NCBI GenBank assembly: GCA_951406725.2
Contig: OX597815.1
Coordinates: 202,058,001 to 202,122,000, forward strand
Direction of reading: 5' to 3'
DNA length: 64,000 nucleotides
Origin: Octopus vulgaris
Lineage: Eukaryota
Below, one piece after another: positions 24,918 through 38,723 of this stretch (position 1 is the first letter of the stretch; the number at the start of each line of letters is the position of its first letter). The position numbers were made by a program, and so were the translations under genes. Below the pieces are notes generated by a model that did no database searches, was not told where the DNA came from, and saw only the letters and a program-made list of their open reading frames with translations.

Positions 24918-25316
24918 GGCGTAGGAGTGGCTTTGTGGTAGGTAGCTTGCTAACCAACCACATGGTTCCGGGTTCAGTCCCACTGCGTGGCATCATGGGC
25001 AAGTGTCTTCTGCAATAGCCCTGGACCGACCAATGCCTTGTGAGTAGATTTGGTAGACGGAAACTGAAAGAAGCCTGTCATATATATGTATATATATGTG
25101 TATGTCTGTGTGTGTGTTTGTCTCCCTAGCATTGCTTGACAACCGATGCTAGTGTGTTTACGTCCCTGTCACTTAGCAGTTCGGCAAAAAGAGACGGATA
25201 GAATAAGTACTGGGTTTTCAAAGAATAAGTCCCGGGGTCGATTTGGTTGACTAAAGGCGGTGCTCCAACATGGCTGCAGTCAAATGACTGAAACAAGTAA
25301 AAGAGTAAAAGAGTAA
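24918..25316 (+). mobile_element. SINE family A (tRNA-derived head, internal TA/TG tract, (GTAAAAGA)n tail), full length
   Basis: ggcgtaggagtggct..ggttccgggttcagtccc (Pol III A/B boxes); about 10 copies in the window. Confidence 0.9.
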
Positions 25317-25507
25317 CAGAAAGAGATGCTAAGAAAATTAAAATAGAAAGAAATAAAATTACTGAAGAGTAAATTACTTATTTAGAAGATGTGGATTCAT
25401 AAAGTGCTTGCAATGGATCACACTCCATTATGTTCATCACATACATTTTTTTTGCATAGTATAATGATGATTATTTCATTAAAACCATTGAAATTAAAAA
25501 TTTACAT

Positions 25508-25663
25508 GTGGCTGTGTGGTAAGTAGCTTGCTAACCAACGACATGGTTCCGGGTTCAGTCCCACTGCGTGGCATCTTGGGCAAGTGTCTTCTGCTATAGC
25601 CCTGGGCCGACCAATGCCTTGTGAGTGGATTTGCTAGACAGAAACGGAAAGAAGCCTGTCGTA

Positions 25664-25711
<48 letters not shown>

Positions 25712-25935
25712 TGTGTGTATGTGTTTGTGTGTCTGTGTTTGTCCCACTAGCATTGCTTAACAACCAACGCTGGTGTGTTTACGTCCCCGTCACTAAGCGG
25801 TTCGGCAAAAGAGTCCGATAGAATAAGTACTGGGCTTACAAAGAATAAGTCCCGGGGTCGATTTGCTCGACTAAAGGCGGTGCTCCAGCATGGCCGCAGT
25901 CAAATGACTGAAACAAGTAAAAGAGTAAAAGAGTA
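25508..25935 (+). mobile_element. SINE family A
   Basis: Near-identical to 24918-25316. Confidence 0.9.
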
Positions 25936-26497
25936 AATATCTACTTACTTCCTACTCTCTGTGTGACATCGTAAGATGTAGGTTCTTGAAATTGATCATA
26001 TGCTCTAAATTAAAGTGATCATTCGATGAGAACGACAATTATTAATGAGCACGGTCGCTGCAGGTGCGTGGAAAGAGAACAAGTATATTATCAGATCAAT
26101 ATTTCCCTGCATCGTCAATTGCAAACATTCAGATACATGATTTCATGGTCTTGCAACTCTTAAAGATATTAACGTTTAGATGTTCGCAAAAGTTTTCTTT
26201 CGTAAGAATCTTTCTGTAACAGTTTCTTTCACGAAGCGTACCTCTATGTTAAGCACACATTCAGGAACATCGCTGAATAATAATGTTCACATTGTTGCCT
26301 ATATATCTGTATGTGTGTGTGTGTTTGTGTATATGTGATCGTGATGCTGTGTGTATGTGTTTGTGTGTGATACACTGTGTGTGTGAATGTGTGTGCATGT
26401 ATATAAGTGTGTATATTTGAGTGTGTGTGTGTGTGTGTTTTGGTGCGGATTTATGTAGAGATATATTCTTCATTGTTCAAATACATGTTTAGATAAT

Positions 26498-26660
26498 GAG
26501 GCGGCGAGCAGTCAGAATTTTTAGCACCCAGGCAAAATGCTTAGCGGCATGTCCTCTTTCTCTAGATTCCGAGTTCAAATTCCGCCGAGATCGACTTTGC
26601 CTTCCATCTTTTCGGTGTCGATGAACTAAGTACCAGTGAAACAATGATGTAAATGCAGAT
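26498..26660 (+). mobile_element. SINE family B
   Basis: ggcggcgagcagtcagaat...gagttcaaattccgccgagatcgactttgcc...aagtaccagt. Confidence 0.85.
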
Positions 26661-27641
26661 TTCAGGTCTTGTATATATATATACAAAGTATATAATTTAA
26701 TAAATATAATTTTACGATTATATTAAGGGCAACTACGAAGTAATGCTAGATGTTAAAAGAAAATGCCAAATGACTCTAAACTACTTTTGGAAAAAGATAT
26801 TTTGGAAAACGTTTAGTCATATTTCAATCGATATCAGGTTTAGTGATGTAATGTCACTCTACCCTCATCAGTATGACATAACCGAAAAGTACATAAATAT
26901 AAACATTCATATAAACCTTACCAACACAACGTATCCACAGTGACTGTACAAACGTCCACCCTTATAATTGCCCTTTTTTTATTTTGTAAACATATATACA
27001 GAATTATATACTTTGTATTAATTTTTACCTTAATTGGTTTTTACATGCTAGCTACTTGATAAAACCCCATATAGGTTTTATCTTAATTTTAATTATATAT
27101 ATATACATGACCATTAATACGATTTAAATGTATTTCTGCCATATGCCCTTTTAATATACAGCCCATGAAACAATGAGGTGATATCACATTTATAGGTGTG
27201 TCAGTGTGTCATATTTAAATGGAAATACCAATAAGAAGATGGGACTCCAAAAATAAGTAAGGCCTGCACATACTTATATTTGTATCGTTAGATTATAATC
27301 TATGCAAATGCATTTAAGTTCTCGTTCTTGAGTTACATGGCAGTATTTTATCTCACTCCAAATTTCTTTAAAAAATCCAATAAAATCCTCCAAAATAATG
27401 CTGAAATGATATACAAAAATTATTTTCCAAGCCAGCGAAATGACTATTTACATCATCAATATGACCACCTACACTTATAATATATTTTGTCAGCAAGACA
27501 TTCACTGTTAATTTCGGATATTCAAGTAGTATTGTTAATTAGTAATTGTTAATTAGATAGAAACAGCTATTAAAATTTATGAATAGTAGTGAGGAACAAT
27601 TGCCTTTCCGCTTCTCATTTTTGCTATGCAAAATCCAGCAT

Positions 27642-28185
27642 ATACGTCTCACGATTCGGGAAATTCTTTCTGAAATTTAATAGGTAAATATATGAATGTA
27701 GTCAAAGTTTATTTTAGCTAATTATTTTCTCTTAACTGTCTATATAATTCAGTATACTATTGTTTTAACCTTGAATGTACTTTAGGATTTTTAAGGACTC
27801 TGCCGTACAGTTTCTTCAAAACATACTTTATTAATCTTAGGAAATATCTAATTCCTTTAATAACATATCTAGTGCGTGCTGAATTTTAATTTAATACAGT
27901 TTCGATTAGTCATAATACGTCTCACGATTCGGGAAATTCTTTCTGAAATTTAGAAGGTAAATATATGAATGTAGTCAAAATTTATTTTAGCTAATTATTT
28001 TCTCTTAACTCTCTATATAATTCAATATACTATTGTTTTAACCTTGAATGTACTTTAGGATTTTTAAGGACTCTGCCGTACAGTTTCTGCAAAACATACT
28101 TTATTAATCTTGGGAAATATCTAATTCCTTTAATAACATATCTAGTGTGTGCTGAATTTTAATTTAATAGTTTCGATAAGTCATA
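27642..28185. repeat. Head-to-tail tandem duplication, ~273-bp unit x2
   Basis: Unit atacgtctcacgattcggg...agtcata at 27642-27914 and 27915-28185, with few substitutions and a 2-bp indel. Confidence 0.95.
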
Positions 28186-28466
28186 AAAGTACAACGGTAT
28201 GGTGGCTTCGTTCGTAAGTTTCAAAATTTTACATTCTATTTCACAGTTCTATATATAATCAGCTTATATCTCTTATAATAACACGTGATAACAAAATAAT
28301 ATTTTTAATGTGAAAATTTTTATTATATTCATGATTTCTAGGAACATGTATAAGTGCGTTCTTTGGAAATACTTGTATATAAGCTTCCCAGCCACTATTA
28401 ATCATTGGTAAGTATAGCCAGTACTTATTCTCCGTAATTTCTACTCTATGTCAGTATATCATCACC

Positions 28467-28511
<45 letters not shown>

Positions 28512-28554
28512 ACTTACTTGGAAAAGGACGCGTGGCGTTCGATCATATAATAAA

Positions 28555-28986
28555 AATTTAATAAATAAAACATATGCATGCATATACATACATATATGTA
28601 CATACCTACATCTATATGTATATATACATGAATATGTGGGTACAGAACACCACAAAAACACGTAGAACACAGCGAGAAACGAAAACATGAAAACGAAACA
28701 TAGAAACGAACTTTTTTTAAACAACATAAAAATAGAGTACAAGACATACAACACAAGGGACATTTCCCTTCTTCAGCTGCCCCTGCTTCGACTTATTCCG
28801 TTGTATGTCTTGTACTCTGTTTTTTCGTTGTTTAAAAAAGTCCGTTTCCATGTTTTGTTTTTATGTTTTCGTTTCTCGTTTTTTTTCTTGTGGTGTCCTG
28901 TACCCATATATGCATGTATATATACATATAGATGTAGGTATGTACATATATGTATATATGTATGAATATGCTTTATTTATTAAATT
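28555..28986. mobile_element. Fold-back pair of a (TA)n-associated repeat
   Basis: Arms 28555-28752 and 28800-28986 are imperfect reverse complements; TA tracts on both sides. Confidence 0.85.
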
Positions 28987-29007
28987 GTTATGACATATAT
29001 ATATATA

Positions 29008-29070
29008 TGGCGGTGCCCCAGCATGGCCACAGCTCATAAGCTGAAACTAGAATCAATCAATCAATCAATC
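29008..29070 (+). mobile_element. Isolated SINE/LINE 3' tail ending in (AATC)n
   Basis: ggcggtgccccagcatggccacagc..gctgaaac matches the family-A tail. Confidence 0.7.
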
Positions 29071-29309
29071 ATATATATAATTCATATAATTCATATAATT
29101 CACAGAGTGAGAGAGTCCGGAAGTGAACGCTTAAATTTGTGAAGAAATTATACGGTTAATGGACAATATGTCCAATTTTTTCGGCATATTTGGTATTAGA
29201 AATTTCTTCGTTTGCTCTTATTTATGAATTGTTTATAAATTTCACCTTTAACGGTATTTTTAATATGCTGGCCAATTTTTTCGAAAATTAAAATGTTATC
29301 CTACATTAG

Positions 29310-29415
<106 letters not shown>

Positions 29416-30333
29416 AAACTTTTTGCCCCCTGTAAAGCGCTTTAGAACAAAGTATTTCCGTTATGCCAAGTTATATCTTTGATATTAAGATTGTTACAAG
29501 TAATTGTATATCTCCGGTGTATCTAGAGGCAGAAAAGTTATATAATATTGATAGATCATTCAACATAATTGACATAATTCTTTTTGTTTATCTTTTCAGT
29601 TTCATGTTTCTTCAAATTCTTGTCTACATCTCTTACGACAGACCCAGTCAGATTTTGATAAGCAAAATTGCATATATTGGTTGAATAAGAATACCAATCG
29701 AATTCTGAATGCAATCATTATAAGTAACATCAAAAGGCCAACCAATTCTATAAAGAATTTTAATTACAGATCTTCCAAAATAGAAACCACAAAAATTTCG
29801 ATTCATGCTCCAGATTTTCTATTATGTCTTAAATAGTCTGTTTGTGATTAGCGGGATTTAGATTAGTACTTGTTTTTACTGCTCTTTCAATAGACTATTT
29901 TAACCATAGAGATATATGTATGTATATTTGTATGTACATAAACACACACACATACACACACACATGTGTATGTTTATAATGTGCTGTTCCACCCAGTAAG
30001 TGATAGTTATAATTTAATATAGAGAGTACTTAAATGCGATCTACTATTATTTTAATACAACGGTCACCAGCTTTCTTCACAGTAAAGCAATATTCGTGAA
30101 TCAGGATAGATTTTATAGCGTTCATGATGATTCAGATATCGAGCCTGATTATATTGCGGAATTGCCTTGCGAAGTCCAAGGGCTTCAGAAAAAAAGAGGA
30201 TTTGATATATAAGGACAAGGAGTCTATGATATGATATCAATCTGTGTTAATGTCTAGGGTGATTTATTCTCGATACCACGGAAGCAGTCTATCACAGCTG
30301 CGCTGGAATCCAATTCCAAAAGATGACATATAT

Positions 30334-30735
30334 GGCGCAGGAGTGGCTGTGTGGTAAGTAGCTTGTTTACCAACCGCATGGTTCCGGGTTCTGTCCCACT
30401 GCGTGGCACCTTGGGCAAGTGTCTTCTACTATAGCCTCGGGCCGACCAAAGCCTTGTGACTGGATTTGGTAGACGGAAACTGAAAGAAGCCCGTCGTATA
30501 TATATGTGTGTATGTGTATGCGTGTGTGTTTGTGTGTCTGTGTTTGTCCCCCTAGCATTGCTTGACAACCGATGCTGGTGTGATTATGTCCCCGTCACTT
30601 AGCGATTCGGCAAAAACGACCGATAGAATAAGTACTGGGCGTACAAAGAATAAGTCCCGGGGTCGAGTTGCTCGATTAAAAGGCGGTGCTCCAGGATATG
30701 ACTGAAACAAGTAAAAGAGTAAAAGAGTAAAAGAG
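30334..30735 (+). mobile_element. SINE family A
   Basis: Homologous to other copies; small deletion in the tail. Confidence 0.9.
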
Positions 30736-31417
30736 ATATAAACAGCAGCACGGAATTTTGTCAGTGAACAGGTCGCTGTCTCAAAACGACGAAAATACTT
30801 TGACAAATTAAATTCAAATGTTGAAGTGAATCTAAAGGATTTTGTGTGTTTCTTAAATGGCTTATAAACACCTTCCACGCTGCAATTGTTTTCGTTCCAG
30901 CACGCAATCTCAGATCGGCTCATTTGCTATGCATATATGAATATATGTATATACATGTATATATACATATGCGCGCGCACGTGTGTGTACATGTGGGTGT
31001 GCTTTTAGTTCCTGTAAATATTGTTTTATGTACTCTAGATTCACTGAAATTTGGCGCCGGGCTAACACAACCAAACATATAATCAATACCGTTGTCGCTT
31101 AAAGATAAACTTTCAAAGCCCTGCTTTCAGTTTATGCCACGTTATTCATTGCCTTTTATGAAAAGAAATATTAAATGATCCCAAATCAATGGTGTGTTAA
31201 CTGACAAATTTTAACACCATGCATTCTCTCTCTATGTCTATTATAATTTCATGGTGTGTATGCGTTCTCTTGAGTGTGAACCTGCATATGCGTTTTATTT
31301 GGATGGAAGCACATACTCGAATCAGTGTAAATATTCATATCCTGAATTTCTTAATCCTTTTCTCTTACTCCCTCTATATGTAACATTTCTAAATCCATCA
31401 CTGTTTGAGGAAACTCT

Positions 31418-31879
31418 CGATAGAGTTCAGAAGCTGGCTACCCGCATGGTTCTTGGTCTCAAGCATTTGTCTTATGAAGAAAGGCTGAAGACGCTCGAAC
31501 TTTATTCCCTAGAAAAACGATGACGCCGTGGTGGTCTCATTCTTGCTCACAACATCATAAGGGGAAAGTGTAACCTCTCGAAAGAGCTGTTCTTTACTCC
31601 TGCTCCAGAGCGTCAGCTGCGGGGTCAATCCGAAAAACTCTATCTGCGACGATTTCATCTCAATCGAAGGAGAGGGGCTTTCTCGGTCCGGGTTGCGGAT
31701 CCGTGGAATAAGCTGCCAGACGACATAGTGAAGATGCCGACGACCGCTCAGTTCAAAGTCTCCCTTGACCACAAATGGCCTGAACTCTTTGCATGAACAC
31801 CCTCCCTGTACATAACTCCATGTCCCCCTACATGGCCTTGCCTTTTGAGCCAAAAGATTAACTTAACTTAACTTAACTT
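31418..31879 (+). mobile_element. CR1-type LINE 3' fragment with (AACTT)n tail
   Basis: DRVQKLATRMVLGLKHLSYEERLKTLELYSLEKR*RRG...LRG...FSVRVADPWNKLP; possible TSD aactct at 31412-31417 and 31880-31885. Confidence 0.9.
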
Positions 31880-32333
31880 AACTCTTTCCCCCAATGTACT
31901 TCAGATATGGTCTTCAGTTTTATTCTCTTTCAATTCTCACCATACTCTCTATTTCAAGTAGGCTATGGGAAAGGATAACTAAGTTCGACATCATACATCA
32001 GATTATATTCTCTTCTTGCACTCTCTAATCTATTTTCTCTTTGACAAACAGTATAAGCCGAAGTGTAAGGTCCTTTCCTTTTCTTTATATGGGGTATTTG
32101 CCTTCCTTGAATACTTCTTTGATTGTTATTTTCACTTTATATTTCGATACTTTTTCAGAAATGTGCCTTTGTTTGTCTTACTCCGCATATTGCCTGGTCT
32201 TTACTTTGACACATGTTCTTACTGCTGTTGTTTTAAAGTGTCTGTGTATGAATAAATATATGTATGCACATATATATATATATATATATATAGTACGTTA
32301 AGCTCGTTCAGGACCATAATTATACTTCTAGAA

Positions 32334-32680
32334 GCTGTGTGGTAATTAGCTTGCTTACCAACCACATGGCTCCGGGTTCAATCCCAGTGCGTGGCACCTT
32401 GGTCAATTGTCTTCTACTATAGTCTTGGGCCGACCAAAGCCTTGTGAATGGATGTGGTAGACGGAAACTGAAAGAAGCCTGTCGTATATATATGTGCGTG
32501 TGTCTGTGTTTGCCTCCTCTCCATCGCTTGACAACCGATGTTGGTGTGTTTAGGTCTCCGTAACTTAGCGGTGCGCCAAAAGAATCGATAGAATAAGTAC
32601 TGGGTTTACAAAGAATGAGGACTGGAGTCGATTTGTTCGACGAAAGGACGTGCTCCAGCATGGCCGCAGAATAAAAGAAT
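32334..32680 (+). mobile_element. SINE family A
   Basis: Homologous to other copies. Confidence 0.85.
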
Positions 32681-32849
32681 TCATATGATCGATTTCGACA
32701 GTCGATTGATGACACTACTGTCCTGATATCTCATTCAATGTTTTTATTTGATTTCGTTAAAACTATGAGCAGAACAAATCAACGTTACTTATTAATAATT
32801 CTTTCTTTTATAAGCAGAAGGCTGATACTTTGCGGAAGGCTGATACTTT

Positions 32850-33842
32850 GCGGGAGGGGATAAGTCTATTACATCGAACACCGTGTTTCACTGGTACTTA
32901 AATTATCGATCCTGAAAGGTTGAAACGCAAATTCGACTTCAAAGATGGAAGGGATACTGGGAGGTGGCCACGGACTTCGAAAGACAAGTAATATTTCCAC
33001 TAATAAAAACAAAAAAAGACCGGATTTAGTTCTATGGAACAGAGACCGGAGAATGGGAATTTTACTAGAACTGACAGTACCCTGGGAAGAGAACATCGGC
33101 AATGCAGAGGAACGAAATGAGAAGAGGTATGAAAAGCTAATCGAAGAATGCAGAGAACAGGGATGGAATGTCGAATATTATCACCTGACTGTGGGAGCTA
33201 GAGGCTTCATTGAAAAGAAAATGACAACGCTTCTCAAAAGAAGATTTGTTTTTTCTAGCTCCGAGCTGCGTAAACTAATAAGGAGAGTACAAGAGGCGGT
33301 CGAAAAAGCTAGCTTCTATATATGGCTGAAGCGGGAAGAGCGAAAATGGCTTGAAAGCCATAAACACACCGACGGGAAATAACATCATTAGGTGAGACAA
33401 GCTGACTGACAGGTCACGGTCGTTTAGAAAAAGCGCGGGCTAAAACTGCGCGCTGGGGCTGCCTGCTGGCGCCTAGCGACAGGTATTTAAAGGGAAAAAA
33501 TTGACAAGACAGTCAGGCACCGGCTGACACTCGCTGACGATACATCGAAGAGGCCAGGGAACAGAAGAAAGAAGAAAGAAGACATGCACCCAACACCAGA
33601 GCTGAAGACACCTCCGAAAGGGAGGGGGGCTGCCACGTCAAAACGGTGGAGGAGTAGGGGCCGAAACCGGACGTGGTTCCTCCTGATGATGTCTTGAGCT
33701 AAATGGATCCTATAAAGGAGCTGTTGTGGTAGCAGACCACGAAACACGGTTGTAATTCCTCTTGAACTTCGACGTTGCGGCAGGCGAAATATCTCTAAGC
33801 ATTTCGTCTGGCGTGATAAAGATTCTGCCAGCTCACCGCCTT
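32850..33842 (-). mobile_element. SINE family B split by a LINE insertion (halves ~32850-32940 and ~33762-33842)
   Basis: ...aaattcgacttc | insert | ttgaacttcgacg...ctgccagctcaccgcctt; the halves are collinear with 14830-14996. Confidence 0.8.
32941..33761 (+). mobile_element. HERO/NeSL-like non-LTR retrotransposon 3' fragment (restriction-like endonuclease plus 3' UTR)
   Basis: RPDLVLWN...ILLELTVPWEE...EERNEKRYEKLIEEC...GW......VGARGF matches the RLE domain; open through stop at 33382. Confidence 0.85.
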
Positions 33843-34959
33843 CCTGTTACTTATTAATAATGAATACAATGGATATCAGCATTAATAATTTGGATCATGT
33901 TGCTGTAAATTTACTTGCCATATTCGTGTGAGTTGAGAGCTCGTAAGTAGTGATATTCTTTTATTACTGAAAGTGATTTAAATGTACATAATCGCCTCTA
34001 ATATAAATTTATTTACACTTTTTTGTGACATACGCAATTGCTTTTCAATCGAAAAATTAAGCTTCGTCTTATTGGTAGGATCTTTTCGGATATCGCAAAA
34101 TATTGCGTGAAGCATAATTTAAATTAAGGAGATGAAATGCAAGCATAAATATACAATTACCAAACGAGTGCTGTTTTTTGAGTACTTTCCTGACCAGCAT
34201 ATAATATTTGTTTGATCATGCAAAAGATTATGATTTAAATGCAGCACCTAAGTCCGTGTACACAAAACATACTGAGGAAAAAATTCAGATCATATAGTCG
34301 CAGCACGTTGGGCCGCTTTCATTATCGAATTATTTACAGATAATTGCATGAGAGACGCATACAGGCCTCGGAAACGTTTAGTCTTTCATCACTTATCCGA
34401 TCCAGTATTACAGGCCAATTGGAACACTGTAATGTAGTAATATTATTTTCTGTTTGACGGTATAAATATGAGATTTGCGAATAAAGTGTGAATTCTAATT
34501 GAAGGTCTACGAATTATAACAGTAAAGATGTTAAGCATTAACAACTTAAGATTATTTTATTTGGAGGACACAGTTTCTAATTTTGAATTAAGTTTAAAGA
34601 AAGAGAAAAAGTCACGCTTTCATATAACTCACCGGTAAGTGTAACATTCGAGTTCATATATTTCCAAAGAAATTTGCTTAAATTCAGATAAGCATGATAA
34701 AGTAAAAACATGAATTTATTATAAACTGAATAGTGTAGTTGAAATAAATTCATAATTCTTGCTACAGTAATACAATTTTGCAAACAACATATTAACCATT
34801 TGCTGTTACGTTTCAAGTCATAACGTAGATTTCCCCTGAGTAAAATATATTTCTTATTGCACTTACATATTGAGCAATAATTTAGAAAAGGGATTCTTCA
34901 TGAGACTGTTCAGGAGAGGTCTATTATAACGTGCACCCCCTGCAATAAATTTCACATAC

Positions 34960-35011
<52 letters not shown>

Positions 35012-35143
35012 GTGTGTATATATATATATCATGTGTATGTATGCATGTATGTATGCATGCTTATGTATGTATGCATGCATGTATGTATGTATGTATGTTC
35101 TTTCCAGCATGCTTAAAACTGAAAGTACTAAGGAACCCTGAAT

Positions 35144-35194
<51 letters not shown>

Positions 35195-35622
35195 CTATAA
35201 TAAAGTGTTATTTGCATCAAATTGCTTAAACCACGTACAGAAAATATTAGAAATAGCAGCCAAATAGGTTTCCATTACTATTACTACAAAAATAAATCTC
35301 CACAAACAACAGTATTTGCAACCCGTATATGGTAAAAAAAGAAGGAAGACAACAAAATCACACAGTCTACTTTGGATCAATTATGAACGAATCGTTTCTG
35401 GATTAGAATCGAAAATTCATTTCCTTATCAACATAATATTTCCTATAAATCTAGAAATGCTGGGAAAAAACTCACCAATTATATTAATTCGACCAGGCGA
35501 CATCGAACGTTTATATTGACAAGGCGAATTCGTATCTTCCTCCAAAATTTCACCACGTGAGTTACAAAAACAGTACCACCGAAGCGAAGTTTCGAAGATT
35601 CATTGTAAGTGAGTAATAATAT

Positions 35623-35698
<76 letters not shown>

Positions 35699-36124
35699 TG
35701 TGTGTCTGTGTGTATGTGTGTGTATGTATATATGTAAGTGTTTATGTATGTATGTTTGTACTTATGTATTTATGTGTGTACGTTTTCTTTTCTGTTTTTG
35801 GTTATTGAAATTACTTCCTTAAAGAAGGAGCTCGTTTCTAACAAAGATACAAAGTTCCATCGCTAGAATGTAGATAACAAATAGCATTGTCACATTTTAA
35901 TCCTGAGAAATGTTTTGCATAGATGTACTGTTTCGTTTAGAGACTGCATTTGTATTGTGCGAATCACTTGGTTGAATTTTTCTGAAAATATCAACCAAAC
36001 TGAGACTTGGGCATTTAGTTACAAAACCAAGAGCCCTGATTATTATTTATAAAAATGTAAATTTTTAATCATGACAGAGACGCTATCTATATATGTATAG
36101 ATATACAACTTTTAATTTTAACTA

Positions 36125-36286
36125 GGCACAGGAGTGGCTGTGTGGTAAGTAGCTTGCTTACCAACCAAATGGTTTCGGGTTCAGTCCCACAGCGTGGCAT
36201 CTTGGAAAAGTATCTTCTGCTATAGCCCCGGGCCGACCAATGCCTTGTGAGTGGATTTGGGAGACGGAAACTGAAAGAAGCCTGTC

Positions 36287-36350
<64 letters not shown>

Positions 36351-36572
36351 GTGTGTGTGTTTGTGTGTCTGTGTTTGTCCCCCTAGCATCGCTTGACAAC
36401 CGATGCTGGTGTGTTTACGTCCCCATCACTTAGCGTGTCGGCAAGGGAGACCGATAGAATAAGTATTTGGCTTACAAAGAATAAGTCCCGCGGTCGATTT
36501 GCTCGACTAAAGGCGGTGCTCCAGCATCGCCGCAGTCAGGTGACTGAAACAAGTAAAAGAGAGAATAAAGAG
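36125..36572 (+). mobile_element. SINE family A
   Basis: Homologous to other copies. Confidence 0.9.
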
Positions 36573-37655
36573 AGCAAAGATGCACAATAATTCTGTTGAA
36601 TTCAAATATATTGTATATACGGAGCGATAATCAAGATTTAATTCACACCACCACATATCGACGGTAAAACTGTATAACAACAGTAACTTTAAATATTCCA
36701 TTCTAGATAGAATGGAAGTAGAATTGTATCAAGATATATCTTATGCCAGATAAATAATATGAAAGGAGTAATCTCTAAACCAGTGAAAGAACCCAAAGTC
36801 TGTTTCAAATCAATCTCTCTAAATTGTACTTAATTACTTGGTGATAATATAATACTTGGTATTGTTATCATTAATTCTTTCCCTTATATTTCCCATTTCT
36901 CATTTTGCAATTAATACTCTAATACAAATTTTGCTTCTTTTATCTATATTCATGTTAGAACGATAAGAGATTTTCTAAAAAACAAAAAATTGTTACTCTC
37001 ACTAAACAGTATAAAAGAGGAAAAAAACTCACCATAAAAGTTTATGAAAAAGAAAACAATTTATACAAACGACTACTTTAATTCCGTAAGCGGAGTGGGG
37101 TCTGTTAAAAAAAAAAAAGTAACTTTTTCTAAGAAATATGTGGAGGTACAAAGAAATGTGATATAAATCAATAACTTGGAATTCTTATCTCAGTTCCGAC
37201 ATTTCGAGTTAAGAAACAATATAACGAAACTGAAGTATTTAAATAATGATTTATGTATTTTTAAAATGTTGTCAACGCCTTAAAGAAGAAATAAATTCTC
37301 TTTCTCATTTAGGCTTATTTTTACTTTCATGTCAAACAATTCAACAAAAGGAAAATCACTTCACAATGGAAAACAATTCACTATCAATGAATACGCGCCC
37401 GCTCGCACGCACATACACACGCAGATAGACGTACACGCGCGCGCACGCACAGTCACAGGTGCACACGCATACACTAAAAGAATTGACATATTGACATATC
37501 AGCACACGTTGTAAGCGAGACTGTATACGGATCAAAACTTGTATCTGCCTTGTATATAGTATATTTTCCTCGAAATTAGGTACTTGTGCAGGTTGCTCAG
37601 TAAGTACTGTCATAGTTGTATATAATGTACATACACACACACACACACGTATACA

Positions 37656-37704
<49 letters not shown>

Positions 37705-37710
<6 letters not shown>

Positions 37711-38185
37711 CATAATGGGACAAGAACGCCAAACATTCAAATAGACGATACAAAAAATACGAACGGGTCATTCGAAGCCTCTAATCTTCAGTCAAGAACC
37801 GGATCATTCTCGCAAATTCGGCTGACTAGTCTTGAGATTGCTCCGATCTGGCCAGCCCCAAGGAAACACCTAAGCTACGAGCATTAGATTTATTTGGAAA
37901 AAGGATCCACTGTATACGAAACAAGGACAGTAAAACGGACGATGTTACACGAATATAAATACAAAAAGCAAAACATATTATTTATATAAACACAAAAAAT
38001 AATAATAATATTAATAATAACAGGACACAACAACAGGCGTCTTTCGACTTAGACGAATTGAACTCAGCTGGCGAATTTGAAAAGTAATGCCTTAGGACAG
38101 ACGAAGAAAGCGATGTTATCGTGGCGCTGGTCCGAAGCGAAAAGTCTATAGTAGGCCAGCGGTTACGTGAGAAGAAAAGAGAGAG
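37705..38185 (-). mobile_element. Unclassified (TA)n-abutting interspersed repeat
   Basis: GC-richer island beginning exactly at the end of a (TA)n tract, with the same layout as the other TA-anchored elements. Orientation is inferred. Confidence 0.4.
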
Positions 38186-38189
38186 AACT

Positions 38190-38350
38190 CGCAATACCAG
38201 AGGGCGTACACTCTCCTATCCTGATGTAATCTCCAAGGATACAGGCATCCAGCAACAGGACCTCCGTAATGCTATGATGGACCGTGAAGTCTGGCGTAGC
38301 ATGGTAAATTCCATTGTCTCGACCACGGTCGAATAATGATGAATGATGAT
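38190..38350 (+). mobile_element. RTE-type LINE extreme 3' fragment with (TGA)n tail
   Basis: RGRTLSYPDVISKDTG...DLRNAMMDREVWRSMV followed by taatgatgaatgatga. Confidence 0.75.
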
Positions 38351-38478
38351 ATATATATATATAATTTAATAAGGGTAGAAATTGATATTAATCAATTAAA
38401 ACCAGTGGCCTAGCATATTAAAAAAATCCGAAGATTAAACTATTTTTACATAAAAATTTAAAGAACTGACCACTAAAA

Positions 38479-38557
38479 GTGGACGGTCAACATGCTAGAT
38501 ATAGACGTCAAAATCCTAGCGATTTTGACATCTATATCTAGCATGTTGACCGTCCAC
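38479..38557. repeat. Near-perfect 37-bp inverted repeat with 5-nt loop
   Basis: gtggacggtcaacatgctagatatagacgtcaaaatc-ctagc-gattttgacatctatatctagcatgttgaccgtccac; 36 of 37 positions pair. Confidence 0.95.
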
Positions 38558-38564
38558 GTCATCC

Positions 38565-38610
<46 letters not shown>

Positions 38611-38678
38611 CAATAAAAATGTAAAATTTTCCACTTAACAAAATTAGTGGTCAGTCCTTGTAAGGTTCATATATTAAA

Positions 38679-38723
<45 letters not shown>

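Noticed and set aside
33655-33700. GAAA...CTGATGA in the HERO-like 3' UTR as a type II hammerhead
   Set aside because: Only 4 nt lie between the putative cleavage site and the core, so stem I cannot form.
37765-37830. Minus-strand CTGAAGA...GAAT hammerhead-like words
   Set aside because: GAAA is absent and there are no supporting stems.
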